Shown piece after piece: positions 19,791-29,247 of a stretch of DNA of 64,000 bases. Made by a program: the position numbers and the translations under genes. Within the stretch, counting starts at the first letter, position 1; each line of letters starts with the position of its first letter. The stretch lies in assembly GCA_965116025.1 (NCBI GenBank), contig OZ220480.1:1536001-1600000 (forward strand), in the 5' to 3' direction. Origin of the DNA: an uncultured candidatus Porisulfidus sp. (GTDB lineage: Bacteria > Pseudomonadota > Gammaproteobacteria > Poriferisulfidales > Poriferisulfidaceae). The notes beneath the pieces are model-generated. The model saw only the letters and a list, made by a program, of their open reading frames with translations, was not told the DNA's origin and ran no database searches.

Positions 19791-21515
19791 GTGGATCGCA
19801 GGAGATTTCTTCAAGGGAGCGCCGCGCTCGGCGGGGCGTTGGCTTTCCATGCCACCTTGCCCGCGTGGGCGCGCGGTGGCTCGCGGACCGATGTGAGCGG
19901 TCTGAAAGCTCTCTCTGGCACTCGGTTCAAGCTCGATATCGATCACGCCCGCCACGAAATCGATGGCGCGTCCGGCCGGGCCATTCTGGTGAATGGACGA
20001 TTGCCCGCGCCTCTGTTGCGATGGCGGGAGGGTGACGAGGTCAGTCTGAGCGTCACCAACCATCTGAACGAGGACACCTCGATACACTGGCATGGTGTCC
20101 TGTTGCCGTTCCAGATGGACGGCGTGCCCGGCGTGTCCTTCCCAGGCATCAGGCCGGGCGAGACCTTCACGTATGAGTTTCCGCTGGTTCAGGCGGGCAC
20201 CTATTGGTATCACAGCCACTCCGGGCTACAGGAGCAACTGGGCCATTACGGGCCGATCGTGATCGAGCCCAGGGGCATCGATCCGGTCGCCTATGATCGC
20301 GAGTATGTGATCGTGCTGTCCGATTGGACTTTCGAGGATCCGCATCGGGTGTTCGCCAAGCTGAAGAAGATGAGCGACGTCTACAACTTTCAGCAACGCA
20401 CCGTGAGCGACTTCTTCGACGACGTGGAGGCCGAAGGCTTCGACCGCGCTCTCTCGGAGCGCATGATGTGGGGCGCGATGCGCATGAATCCGACGGATAT
20501 CGCCGACGTCACGGGAGCGACGTACACCTACTTGCTCAATGGCCAGAGTCCGGCGGAAAACTGGACGGGCCTGTTCCAGCCTGGCGAGCGGGTCCGGCTC
20601 CGCCTCATCAACGCCGCGGCCATGAGCATTTTCAACGTGCGCGTTCCCGGTTTGCCCATGATCGTGGCGCAGGCCGATGGGCTCGACGTCGAACCGGTGG
20701 AGATTGATGAGCTGCAGATCGGCGTGGCTGAGACCTATGACGTGGTCGTGCGCCCCGAAGCGAACGAGGCCTACGCCGTGGTGGCCGAGAGCAATGACCG
20801 CAGCGGGTACGCTCTCGGCACGTTGGCGCCGCGGGTGGGAATGCGCGCCTCGGTTCCGGAGTCGCGGCCCAGACCCACCCTGACCATGAAGGACATGGCG
20901 ATGGATCACTCGACGATGGATCATGGCGCGATGGACCATTCGGAGATGGATCATTCCGACATGGCCATGGCGTCCGGGTCGCGCGCCCACGACCACCTTA
21001 GGGGCCCGGGCGTCGCGGCGTTGGCGGTGCGCCCGACAAACCGTCTCGCAGAGCGGCCCAATGGCCTTGAGGACGCGCCGCACCGCGTGCTGACGTACGC
21101 CGACCTCAAGGCGCTTCGCCGCAACCCCGACACGCGGCCTCCGCGACGCGAGATCGAGCTGCACCTGACCGGCAACATGGAACGCTACATGTGGTCCTTC
21201 GACGGCGTCAAATTCTCGGAGGCGGACGGCCCGATCTTGTTTTACAAGAACGAGCGGCTGCGCTTGACGCTCGTGAACAACACCATGATGCCGCACCCGG
21301 TCCATCTGCATGGCATGTTCTTCGACGTGGTCACGGGCGAGCATGACCGGAAGCCGCGCAAGCACACGATCGTCGCCAAGCCGGGCGAGAGGCTGTCGGT
21401 CGACGTCACGGCGGACGCGGTGGGCGACTGGGCGTTTCATTGCCATCTGCTCTACCACATGCACGCGGGCATGATGCGCGTGGTGTCCGTTCGTGACGAG
21501 GAAGCCTCGGCATGA
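19791..21515 (+). CDS. copA: Copper-resistance multicopper oxidase, CopA/PcoA family
   Basis: Tat signal RRRFLQG; HWHG, WYHSH, HPVHLHG, HCHLLYHM copper motifs. Confidence 0.96.
   Translation: MDRRRFLQGSAALGGALAFHATLPAWARGGSRTDVSGLKALSGTRFKLDIDHARHEIDGASGRAILVNGRLPAPLLRWREGDEVSLSVTNHLNEDTSIHWHGVLLPFQMDGVPGVSFPGIRPGETFTYEFPLVQAGTYWYHSHSGLQEQLGHYGPIVIEPRGIDPVAYDREYVIVLSDWTFEDPHRVFAKLKKMSDVYNFQQRTVSDFFDDVEAEGFDRALSERMMWGAMRMNPTDIADVTGATYTYLLNGQSPAENWTGLFQPGERVRLRLINAAAMSIFNVRVPGLPMIVAQADGLDVEPVEIDELQIGVAETYDVVVRPEANEAYAVVAESNDRSGYALGTLAPRVGMRASVPESRPRPTLTMKDMAMDHSTMDHGAMDHSEMDHSDMAMASGSRAHDHLRGPGVAALAVRPTNRLAERPNGLEDAPHRVLTYADLKALRRNPDTRPPRREIELHLTGNMERYMWSFDGVKFSEADGPILFYKNERLRLTLVNNTMMPHPVHLHGMFFDVVTGEHDRKPRKHTIVAKPGERLSVDVTADAVGDWAFHCHLLYHMHAGMMRVVSVRDEEASA
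20901..20960 (+). repeat. Four 15-bp coding repeats (MDHxx) in the CopA Met/His-rich insert
   Basis: MDHST-MDHGA-MDHSE-MDHSD. Confidence 0.8.
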
Positions 21516-22279
21516 TCCGCGCGCTCGCGCTCGCGGCCTGCACGGGGCTCGCGTCCCCGGGATTCGCCCAGAACGCGGCCGACGCCTATCATGATCCGGA
21601 AGAGATGGCCGCGGCCCGCGCCGCGCTGAAGTCCGGCCATGGCGACCAAATCAACGCGCTCCTCTTGGTCGAGCGGCTGGAGCGTCGCTCCAACGAGGGC
21701 GAGCCGCTGATGATTCTGGAAGGGCAGGGCTGGATCGGCGGCGATCTTCGAAAGCTCTGGATCAAGACCGAAGTGGAATACGACGCCGAGGAGGGGCGAG
21801 TCGAGGAAGCCGAGGTCCAGGCGCTCTATAGCCACGCCATCGCCCCGTTCTGGGATTTTCAGGCGGGGCTTCGGCGCGACATCAGGCCCGGTCCGTCCCG
21901 CGCCTATGCCGTGGTCGGGGCGCAAGGGCTCGCGCCCTACTGGATTGAGATGGATGTCCAGCTGTTCCTGAGCGACGAGGGAGACGCGTCCGCCCGGTTG
22001 GAAGCCGAATATGAGATTCTCCTGACGCAACGTCTGGCGCTGCAGCCCAGCGTCGAGCTCAGCGTGGCCTTCTCGGATGACGAGGACGCCGGCGTTGGCT
22101 CCGGACCGTCAACGGTCGAGGCGGGCTTGCGCCTGCGCTACGAGGTGATCCGCGAGTTCGCGCCGTACGTCGGCGTCAGTTGGGATCGCGCCTTCGGGGA
22201 TACCAGAGACTTGGCGGAGGCGGACGGCGAGGATGGAGATCGGGTCTCATGGGTGGCGGGAGCCCGGTTCTGGTTCTGA
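21512..22279 (+). CDS. copB: Copper resistance protein B
   Basis: GWIGGD..KLW, GLAPYW, GLRLRYE..REFAPYVGV, C-terminal WF; ATGA overlap with copA. Confidence 0.95.
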   Translation: MIRALALAACTGLASPGFAQNAADAYHDPEEMAAARAALKSGHGDQINALLLVERLERRSNEGEPLMILEGQGWIGGDLRKLWIKTEVEYDAEEGRVEEAEVQALYSHAIAPFWDFQAGLRRDIRPGPSRAYAVVGAQGLAPYWIEMDVQLFLSDEGDASARLEAEYEILLTQRLALQPSVELSVAFSDDEDAGVGSGPSTVEAGLRLRYEVIREFAPYVGVSWDRAFGDTRDLAEADGEDGDRVSWVAGARFWF

Positions 22280-22291
22280 TTTCTCGTATCT

Positions 22292-22326
22292 GGGCTTTCT
22301 CGAGGGGCGGCGTCAGATGGCGGGAG
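22292..22326 (+). repeat. Direct repeat, right of copAB
   Basis: GGGCTTTCTCGAGGGGCGGCGTCAGATGGCGGGAG. Confidence 0.75.
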
Positions 22327-22480
22327 GAGACGTTCTCGCCGTGGCGAGAAGAAAGGCGAGCGGGCCGTAGGCTGATCGTTCTCCGGATGCGTCGGATATC
22401 GGTGAAATAAGAGTTGATCGCCGCCACCGGTTTCTGCTCCATCACCATGGCCGAAAGATAGGTCGGTGGCTTGGCTGCGC

Positions 22481-24289
22481 TCAGTCTTGGGTGCGGTAAT
22501 ACGGTCGCCCGGCATCGCGCCTCGGCCGCGGCTCGGGCCGGGGAACTCCGTCGGTGAAGCGCGCCCATTCCAAAGAGCGGAACACGCGGCGCCTCTCGCG
22601 CAGGGAGAGCTCGCCGGTCCATCCGTCGAGGGTGGCTTCCGGGTAAGTCTGAAGAAAATCCAGATTCGTCGCCAACAGGTAGGCGTCAGCGCCGAGCGCC
22701 GCGATGCGCGGCAGATCCCGCGCGGGGAGGGCGTCGCCAAGGAGTTCGCGCAGGCGAGCGTCCAGCACCAGCGGGATGTCGCAGAACAGCGCGCCCTCAA
22801 GGTCTTGGTCCTGCAACGGGCTCGGGACTCCGGAGTAGACGTGCGAGGTCGCGTATAGCGGCAGGTCGCCGGCGTAGTAGAAGTCTAGTTGCGGTTTGAA
22901 CAGGCGGGCGTTGGGCGCGGAGGAGGCCAGGAACACCATGTCGACGTCTTGGCGCCGAGTCGGGCGCGACGTCACCTCGCGGCCGATCGCTTCCTCGACT
23001 TGGCGCTTGCGGCGCTCGCCCTCGGAAAGCTTCAGGAGATCCTTGATCTTGGCCGCGTGGTCGGACGCGTTCGCGAAATAAAAGCCTTGACCGCGCACGA
23101 TCCCGCCACCGGCCGCGAAGCGCTCCGCGAACGCGCGGGCGAGGCGCTGGCCCCAGCCGCTGGCGGGGGCGAACACGATCGCGGCGCGGCGGCCCTCCGC
23201 CAGCGCGCGGTCGGCGGCCTGGACCGCCTCGTCTTCCGGAAGCAGGCCGAACTGGAACAGCCGGGCGGGCGGCTCGACGGCGCGCTCGAGGTAATTCAGG
23301 CTGACGGTGTCGACCGATAGGTCTCCGGCGCGCGCCAGAGCGGCGACGGCGTCCTTGTCGAACGGGCCGATGACGCGCTGCGCGCCCTCTTCGACGGCCT
23401 GGCGGTAGAGATCCGCTACCGCGCGCGAGGGGTCGCCGGTGTCGTAGACGCGCAGCTCGGGCGCGGGGCCGGACTGGCGGCGCATGCCGGCCTCTACGCC
23501 CAGCCGGATGGCGCGGCCGATCGGCGCGAAATCGCCGCTCACCGGAATCAGGGCGGCGAGTCGGAGCAATTCGGGGTGGACGCGCTCCAAGGTTTCGATG
23601 ACGCTGGGCAGCCAGCGTTCCGCCGGGTGCTCGCCATGTCGTCGCTTCCAGTCGTCGATCCCGGCGCGCGCCGCGCCGCCGCGCGGGGCGTCGGCGCGCG
23701 CGAGAAGGGCCAGTTCCAGCCAGCCGCGCCAGACCTCGTCGCCAGTGCGGTCCCGCCAGGCCTCGAGTTTGGCGCGGGGCGTCGCGAGCAGGCCGTTCCA
23801 GGCTTTTGGAAGCAGCGCGTCGCGCGTCGCGTCGTCTCTGGAGCGCGCGGCCAGAAGAAGACGCGCGCGCAGGGCGTTCTCGGGGTCGCCGAGCTGGTCA
23901 TAGACGCGGACGCGCAGCCGAAGGGACGTCTCGTTCTCCGGCAGGGAGGACAACGCGCTCAGGGCGGCGAGCTCCTCGCCGCCGCGCAGCAGAGCCTCGG
24001 CCTGGAGCAGGCGCAACGCGTCTTTTCGCGCGGGGTCCAGGCGGCTGGCGTCAAGGCTGGGCAGCCGAGCCAGCGCCACGTCCCAGCGTCCGAGCCCGGC
24101 CCATTCGACGAGAAGGTCGTATCGCCGAAGCGCGCGCTCCTCTTCGGGCCAAAGATCGATTCTCTCCCATGCCTGATCGGGGGGGAGATTCAGGATCTCG
24201 TCCCAAGAGGGAGTCTCGGACGGGGGCGCGACCGCGCAGCCGGCCAGCCACAAGGCGGTCAGGAACGGGATCAGGAAAGGGCGCGGCAT
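22481..24289 (-). CDS. lpoA: Penicillin-binding protein activator LpoA (LppC family lipoprotein)
   Basis: Lipobox LAGC, GWLELA, IGPFDK, FGLLPEDEA, YATSH, ALGADAY; divergent from rsmI. Confidence 0.9.
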   Translation of the reverse strand: MPRPFLIPFLTALWLAGCAVAPPSETPSWDEILNLPPDQAWERIDLWPEEERALRRYDLLVEWAGLGRWDVALARLPSLDASRLDPARKDALRLLQAEALLRGGEELAALSALSSLPENETSLRLRVRVYDQLGDPENALRARLLLAARSRDDATRDALLPKAWNGLLATPRAKLEAWRDRTGDEVWRGWLELALLARADAPRGGAARAGIDDWKRRHGEHPAERWLPSVIETLERVHPELLRLAALIPVSGDFAPIGRAIRLGVEAGMRRQSGPAPELRVYDTGDPSRAVADLYRQAVEEGAQRVIGPFDKDAVAALARAGDLSVDTVSLNYLERAVEPPARLFQFGLLPEDEAVQAADRALAEGRRAAIVFAPASGWGQRLARAFAERFAAGGGIVRGQGFYFANASDHAAKIKDLLKLSEGERRKRQVEEAIGREVTSRPTRRQDVDMVFLASSAPNARLFKPQLDFYYAGDLPLYATSHVYSGVPSPLQDQDLEGALFCDIPLVLDARLRELLGDALPARDLPRIAALGADAYLLATNLDFLQTYPEATLDGWTGELSLRERRRVFRSLEWARFTDGVPRPEPRPRRDAGRPYYRTQD

Positions 24290-24345
24290 GACGTCTCTGG
24301 CGAGGAATTATTTATTGTATAGGCAGGCCGTCGCCGAGCGGCGGT

Positions 24346-25248
24346 ATGATGGCGGGCGCCATCGCGGAGAGCGGAGGATCTCCGATGCCAGAGTGGAACG
24401 CCGAGCCCTCGACTCTGTACGTGGTGGCGACCCCGATCGGAAATCTGGACGACCTGAGCGCCCGGGCGGGCGCCGCGCTGCGCTCGGTGGCTTGGGTCGC
24501 GGCGGAGGATACCCGGCGGACGCGCAAGCTGATGGCGAGTCTGGGGGCGAAGGCGCGGCTGCGCAGCCTGCACCGCGGGAACGAGGCCCGGTCGGTTCCC
24601 GCGCTGATTCGCTCGCTGCGCTCGGGGGCGGCGGGCGCGCTGGTCTCCGACGCGGGCACGCCGCTGGTTAGCGACCCGGGCGCCCGGCTGGTGGAGGCCG
24701 CGCTTCGAGACGGGGTCGCGGTGTCGCCGCTGCCGGGTCCGTGCGCCGTGGCGGCGGCGCTGTCGGTCGCCGGGATGGATGCCGCGCGCTTCTCGTTCGA
24801 GGGGTTTCTGCCGCCGCGCGCGGAAGCGCGGCGCGCGCGGCTCGTGGAACTGGCGCGGGAGACTCGGACCTGGGTCGCGTACGAGACGCCGCGCCGGATT
24901 CGGGCGCTGGCGGAAGACCTCAAGCGAGCGCTGGAGGCGGGTCGGCGGGTGGCGTGGGCGCGCGAGATGACCAAGCGGCACGAGGAGATATGGCGCGGGT
25001 CGGTGGGGGAGGTGGAGCCGGAGCGGATTCCCGAGCGCGGGGAGTTCGTGGTGGTGGTGGAGGGCGCGCGGCGGGAGCCGGAAGTCGCGCGCGAGAAGCT
25101 GGACGCGTTCCTCGAGCCCTTGCTCGCGGCCGGGCTCGGGGGACGCGCCGCGGCCGGCTTGGCGCGGGACTGTCTGGGCGCCTCCCGCGCGCGGTCGTAT
25201 GAGCGCGCGCTGGCGCTTCTCCGCCGCGCCGAGGCGCGGGGAGTATGA
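24346..25248 (+). CDS. rsmI: 16S rRNA (C1402-2'-O)-methyltransferase (start may be 24385)
   Basis: LYVVATPIGNL, AEDTR, SDAGTPLVSDPG, FEGFLP, REMTK. Confidence 0.95.
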   Translation: MMAGAIAESGGSPMPEWNAEPSTLYVVATPIGNLDDLSARAGAALRSVAWVAAEDTRRTRKLMASLGAKARLRSLHRGNEARSVPALIRSLRSGAAGALVSDAGTPLVSDPGARLVEAALRDGVAVSPLPGPCAVAAALSVAGMDAARFSFEGFLPPRAEARRARLVELARETRTWVAYETPRRIRALAEDLKRALEAGRRVAWAREMTKRHEEIWRGSVGEVEPERIPERGEFVVVVEGARREPEVAREKLDAFLEPLLAAGLGGRAAAGLARDCLGASRARSYERALALLRRAEARGV

Positions 25249-25249
25249 T
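25244..25249 (+). promoter_or_regulatory. -10 element of rnpB, overlapping the rsmI stop codon
   Basis: TATGAT 6 nt before the start of the rnpB P1 helix. Confidence 0.55.
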
Positions 25250-25255
25250 AGGCGT

Positions 25256-25590
25256 GGAAGCGGGCCGGGCGGTCGCCGCCTTCGGGCGGAGGAAAGTCCG
25301 GGCTCCGCGAGACGGGATGCCAGGTAACGCCTGGGAGGCGCGAGCCTACGGAAAGTGCCACAGAAAAAATACCGCCGGATTCGTCCGGTAAGGGTGAAAT
25401 GGTGCGGTAAGAGCGCACCGCGCGGCTGGCGACAGGCGCGGCAGGGCAAACCCCATCTGGAGCAAGACCCAATAGGGGGGCGATCGGGACGTCTCGCCCG
25501 GCCCCCGGGTAGGTCGCTAGAGCTGGGCGGCGACGCCCAGCCGAGAGGAATGGCCGCCCTCGACAGAACCCGGCTTACAGGCCCGCTTCC
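25256..25590 (+). ncRNA. rnpB: RNase P RNA, bacterial type A
   Basis: GAGGAAAGTCCGGGC and ACAGAACCCGGCTTA conserved regions; P1 GGAAGCGGGCC/GGCCCGCTTCC; rsmI-rnpB-mraZ synteny. Confidence 0.97.
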
Positions 25591-25852
25591 CTCGGACCTG
25601 GACCCGTCGCCTCGCCCCTGGGTTGAGGCGGCGGCCGACGGGCGCGAACGGCTCCCGGTCTCCGCCCCGAGCCTCCCCGGAGCGCCCGCGCCCGGTTCGC
25701 GGAAGTGGAGATTCCATTCGGGATTCGGAGGGCGCGGCGCGAGACCGTTCCCGGATACCGAGAGACTATATATAAAGAAATAATATTATTTTTCTTATAG
25801 ATATGATGAATACCAATAATTATTCTTCCAATGGTTGCATGCTGATTAATAA

Positions 25853-25887
25853 TGGAATAGAATGGAGATTGCTGGAAATAAGTGGAA
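25853..25887 (+). promoter_or_regulatory. Four TGGAR boxes at 10-bp period, candidate MraZ operator
   Basis: TGGAA 25853, TGGAG 25863, TGGAA 25873, TGGAA 25883, at the end of an AT-rich promoter region. Confidence 0.7.
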
Positions 25888-25914
25888 GGCGTTCCGCTTC
25901 AGGGAGGCGAGTCT

Positions 25915-26364
25915 ATGTTCAGGGGGTCGTGTCTGCTGACGGTCGACGACAAAGGCCGCATCGCGGTGCCTTCCCGCTTTCGCGAGACCCTGCGCGAACA
26001 GTGCGACGGCCATGTGGTCGTCACCATGTCCCATGATCGCGCCCTCGCCATCTATCCGTGGCCCGAATGGGAGAAGCTGGAGGAGCGCTTGCGCGATCTG
26101 CCGAGCGGGGACAACGCCCACCGCGCGCTGCAGGAGATGCTTCTCGGCCATGCCGACGAGCGCCAGATCGATAGCCAGGGCCGGTTGCTGCTCGCGCCGA
26201 GCTTGCGCCAGTACGCCCGGCTGGATCGAGACGCTAAGCTGATCGGTCAAAGCCACAAGCTGGTGCTGTGGGCGGCGCAGGACGACGAGTCGCGCTACCA
26301 GAGCTGGGAGCGGGTCCTCAACGACCCCTCGTTCTCCCAGACCGTGACCTCGCTCAAGATCTGA
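25915..26364 (+). CDS. mraZ: Division/cell-wall cluster transcriptional repressor MraZ
   Basis: MFRG, DDKGR, DSQGR (two DxxGR motifs); RBS GGAGG. Confidence 0.94.
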   Translation: MFRGSCLLTVDDKGRIAVPSRFRETLREQCDGHVVVTMSHDRALAIYPWPEWEKLEERLRDLPSGDNAHRALQEMLLGHADERQIDSQGRLLLAPSLRQYARLDRDAKLIGQSHKLVLWAAQDDESRYQSWERVLNDPSFSQTVTSLKI

Positions 26365-27296
26365 TGGCGGATGAGCGGACGCATGAACCGGTCCTTCTGC
26401 GCGAGACTCTGGACCGACTCGCGGTCCGCCCCGACGGTTTCTATATCGACGCGACGTATGGCCGTGGCGGACACGCCCGCGAGATTCTGGCCCGATTGGG
26501 CCCTGGTGGCCAGCTGTGGCTGCTGGACCGGGATCCCGAGGCCTGCGCCCACGCTCGCCAGACGCTCGGAGGCGATTCGAGAGTGACGGTGGCGCGGGAC
26601 GCGTTCGCGAATCTGCCCGAGCGGCTGGATCTGGCGGGTTCGCTCCGCCAGGTCGACGGGCTGCTGCTGGACCTGGGCGTCTCCTCGGCCCAGCTCGATT
26701 CCCCGGAGCGCGGCTTCAGCTTTCGCGCTGACGGCCCGCTGGACATGCGCATGGATGGCGAGGGGCGCACGGCCGCGGAGTGGCTCGCGCGCGCTGAGGA
26801 GGGAGAGATCGCGGCCGTCCTGCTCGAGTTCGGCGAGGAGCGTCGCGCCCGGCACGTCGCCCGCGCCATCGTCGCGGCTCGCGCGCGCTCTCCGCTGGTT
26901 CGCGCCCGGGATCTGGCGCGACTGATCGAGCGCGTGGCGCCCGCGGGCGGATCCCGCCTGCATCCGGCCACGCGGAGCTTCCAGGCGATCCGCGTCTTTC
27001 TCAACCGCGAGCTGGAGCAGCTGGAGACCTTGCTCGGGCGGGTTCACGCGTTGCTCGCGGACGAGGCCCGACTCGTGGTGATCAGCTTCCATTCGCTGGA
27101 AGACCGCATCGTCAAGCGGTTTCTGCGCGCGGCCAGCGAGCCGCCAGTGGTCGATCGGCGCCGCCCGCCTCCGCCGTTCGAGCCGACGATGGAGGTTTTC
27201 GGGCTGGTCCGCCCGACCCCGGCGGAAATCGCCCGCAATCCCCGCGCGCGCTCGGCCCGCATGCGCGCCGCCCGGAGGTTGCCGTGCGTGGCGTGA
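26364..27296 (+). CDS. rsmH: 16S rRNA (C1402-N4)-methyltransferase
   Basis: HEPVLL, DATYGRGGH, DLGVSS, PLDMRM, HPATRSFQA, SFHSLEDR. Confidence 0.96.
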   Translation: MADERTHEPVLLRETLDRLAVRPDGFYIDATYGRGGHAREILARLGPGGQLWLLDRDPEACAHARQTLGGDSRVTVARDAFANLPERLDLAGSLRQVDGLLLDLGVSSAQLDSPERGFSFRADGPLDMRMDGEGRTAAEWLARAEEGEIAAVLLEFGEERRARHVARAIVAARARSPLVRARDLARLIERVAPAGGSRLHPATRSFQAIRVFLNRELEQLETLLGRVHALLADEARLVVISFHSLEDRIVKRFLRAASEPPVVDRRRPPPPFEPTMEVFGLVRPTPAEIARNPRARSARMRAARRLPCVA

Positions 27297-27550
27297 CGCC
27301 ATGGGGTTTGCTGCTGCTCGCCAATCTGGCGGTGGCGATCGGCGTGGTGTACGTCAAGCATTCCAGCCAGATGGCGTTCAGGAGTGTCCAGGAGCAGCGC
27401 GAGATCTACCACCGCCTGCAGACCGACTGGGGGCGGCTGTTGCTGGAGCGCGGCGCCCTGACCGCCTACGCGCGCGTGGAGCGGGAGGCGACGCGGCGCT
27501 TGCGCATGCGCCGTCCCGATCCGTCCCGAATCCACCTTCTGGGTCCGTGA
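27284..27550 (+). CDS. ftsL: Cell division protein FtsL
   Basis: TM plus coiled coil, WGRLLLE, RVE..A...LRM; lies between rsmH and ftsI. Confidence 0.85.
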   Translation: MRGVTPWGLLLLANLAVAIGVVYVKHSSQMAFRSVQEQREIYHRLQTDWGRLLLERGALTAYARVEREATRRLRMRRPDPSRIHLLGP

Positions 27551-29247
27551 GGATCGCCCGCCGCGCTTCCTGCGACTGGCGCCGCCGCCTGGTGCTCGGG
27601 GCGCTGCTGCTGGTCGCGGCTGGCCTGATCGGGCGCGCCGCGCAGTTGCAGTACGCCGAGCAGGAGTTCTTGATCGCGCAGGGAGAGAGTCGGCAGTTGC
27701 GCACGGTGCCGATCCCGGCCTCGCGCGGCATGCTGCTCGACCGCCACGGCGAGCCGCTCGCGGTCAGCACTCCGGTGCGGTCGGCGTGGGCCGAGCCGGG
27801 CCCGTTGCTCGAGGCGCGGGAGCGCTGGCCCGATCTGGCGCGGGAACTAGGGCTGTCGCGGTCGAGGCTGTCGCGGTCGCTGCTGGACCGCGCGGACCGC
27901 AAATTCGTCTATCTGCGCCGGCAGATCACCCCGGACCAGGCGGCCGCGGTGACCGCGCTCGGAATTCCGGGGGTCGGCCTGATCACCGAATATCGCCGCT
28001 ACTATCCGGCGGGAGCGGTGACCGCGCAGCTGATCGGCGGCACCGACATCGACGACAAGGGGCTGGAAGGCCTGGAGCTCGCGCTCGACGCGCGCCTGCG
28101 CGCCCGACCGGGCGCGCGTCGGGTGCGGCAGGACCGGCGCGGGCGGATCATCGACGATCTCGCCCAAGTGCGTCCGCCGAAGCATGGCGAGGATCTGCGC
28201 TTGGGCATCGATCTGTGGCTGCAGTATCGCGCTTATCAGGAACTGGAGGCCGCGGTGCTCCGTCACCGCGCGAAGAGCGGGGTCGTGGTGGCGCTCGACG
28301 TGGTCACCGGCGAGGTGCTGGCGATGGCGCAGGCCCCGTCGTTCAACCCCAATGGACGGCGCGCCGCGCCGCCGGACCGGCGCCGAAACCGCGCGATCAC
28401 CGACCCGTACGAGCCGGGCTCGGTGGTGAAGCCGTTCACCGTGCTGACCGCGCTGGCGACCGGTCTCTACGACGAGAGCAGCCGCTTCGACACCAATCGG
28501 GGGAGCCTCCGGGTCGGAGGGCGCGTCATTCGGGACATTCGGGACTTCGGCGAGCTGGACCTCGGCGGGGTGCTGGTCAAGTCCAGCAACGTCGCGGCGG
28601 CGCGGATCGCGCTGGATCTGCCGGGAGAGGCCCTGTGGGAGACGCTCGACCGGCTCGGCTTCGGCCAGCCGCTGGGGCTTGGCTATCCGGGCGAGACCAC
28701 CGGCGTACTGCGCGAGCCGCGGCGCTGGGCGCCCGTGGATCAGGCCGCCCTGGGCTACGGCTATGGCTTGTCCGCCACGCCCCTGCACATCGCGCGAGCG
28801 TACATGATTCTCGGCAACCGCGGCGTGCGCCAGCCGATCAGCTTCCTCGCCGGACCAAGCTCGGCTGGCGCGCGCGCGTTGCCGCGCGCGCGCTGCGACG
28901 CGGTGCTGCGCATGCTGGAGAGAGTCGCGGGCCCCGGCGGCACCGCCCGCCGCGCCCGCATCCCGGGCTACACCGTGGCGGCCAAGACCGGCACGGTGCG
29001 GAAGCTCATCGACGGCGACTACTCCGAGAAGCGCCACGTCGCGCTGACCGTCGGCGTCGTGCCGGCCCGCCACCCGCGCGTGGCGATCCTGGCGCTGGTG
29101 GACGGTCCGACCGGCGGACAGTACTACGGCGGACAAGTGGCCGCTCCGGTGTTCCGGGAGGTGGCGCGCGAGGCGCTGCGCTTGCTGAACGTTCCGCCGG
29201 ACGATCGGGAATGGGCGCGCCGGGCCATGGCGGGAGGGACCGGATGA
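27547..29247 (+). CDS. ftsI: Peptidoglycan D,D-transpeptidase FtsI (PBP3)
   Basis: EPGSVVK (SxxK), KSSN (SxN), KTGT, YYGG; GTG start inferred from overlap. Confidence 0.95.
   Translation: MRIARRASCDWRRRLVLGALLLVAAGLIGRAAQLQYAEQEFLIAQGESRQLRTVPIPASRGMLLDRHGEPLAVSTPVRSAWAEPGPLLEARERWPDLARELGLSRSRLSRSLLDRADRKFVYLRRQITPDQAAAVTALGIPGVGLITEYRRYYPAGAVTAQLIGGTDIDDKGLEGLELALDARLRARPGARRVRQDRRGRIIDDLAQVRPPKHGEDLRLGIDLWLQYRAYQELEAAVLRHRAKSGVVVALDVVTGEVLAMAQAPSFNPNGRRAAPPDRRRNRAITDPYEPGSVVKPFTVLTALATGLYDESSRFDTNRGSLRVGGRVIRDIRDFGELDLGGVLVKSSNVAAARIALDLPGEALWETLDRLGFGQPLGLGYPGETTGVLREPRRWAPVDQAALGYGYGLSATPLHIARAYMILGNRGVRQPISFLAGPSSAGARALPRARCDAVLRMLERVAGPGGTARRARIPGYTVAAKTGTVRKLIDGDYSEKRHVALTVGVVPARHPRVAILALVDGPTGGQYYGGQVAAPVFREVAREALRLLNVPPDDREWARRAMAGGTG

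Noticed and set aside
20901-20960. 15-bp tandem repeats as a possible CRISPR or VNTR
   Set aside because: They are in-frame MDHxx copper-binding repeats normal for CopA, with no spacers or cas genes
25357-25783. ORFs overlapping rnpB, and hairpins at 25646-25750
   Set aside because: The ORFs overlap a structured RNA; the hairpins are expected by chance at this GC content
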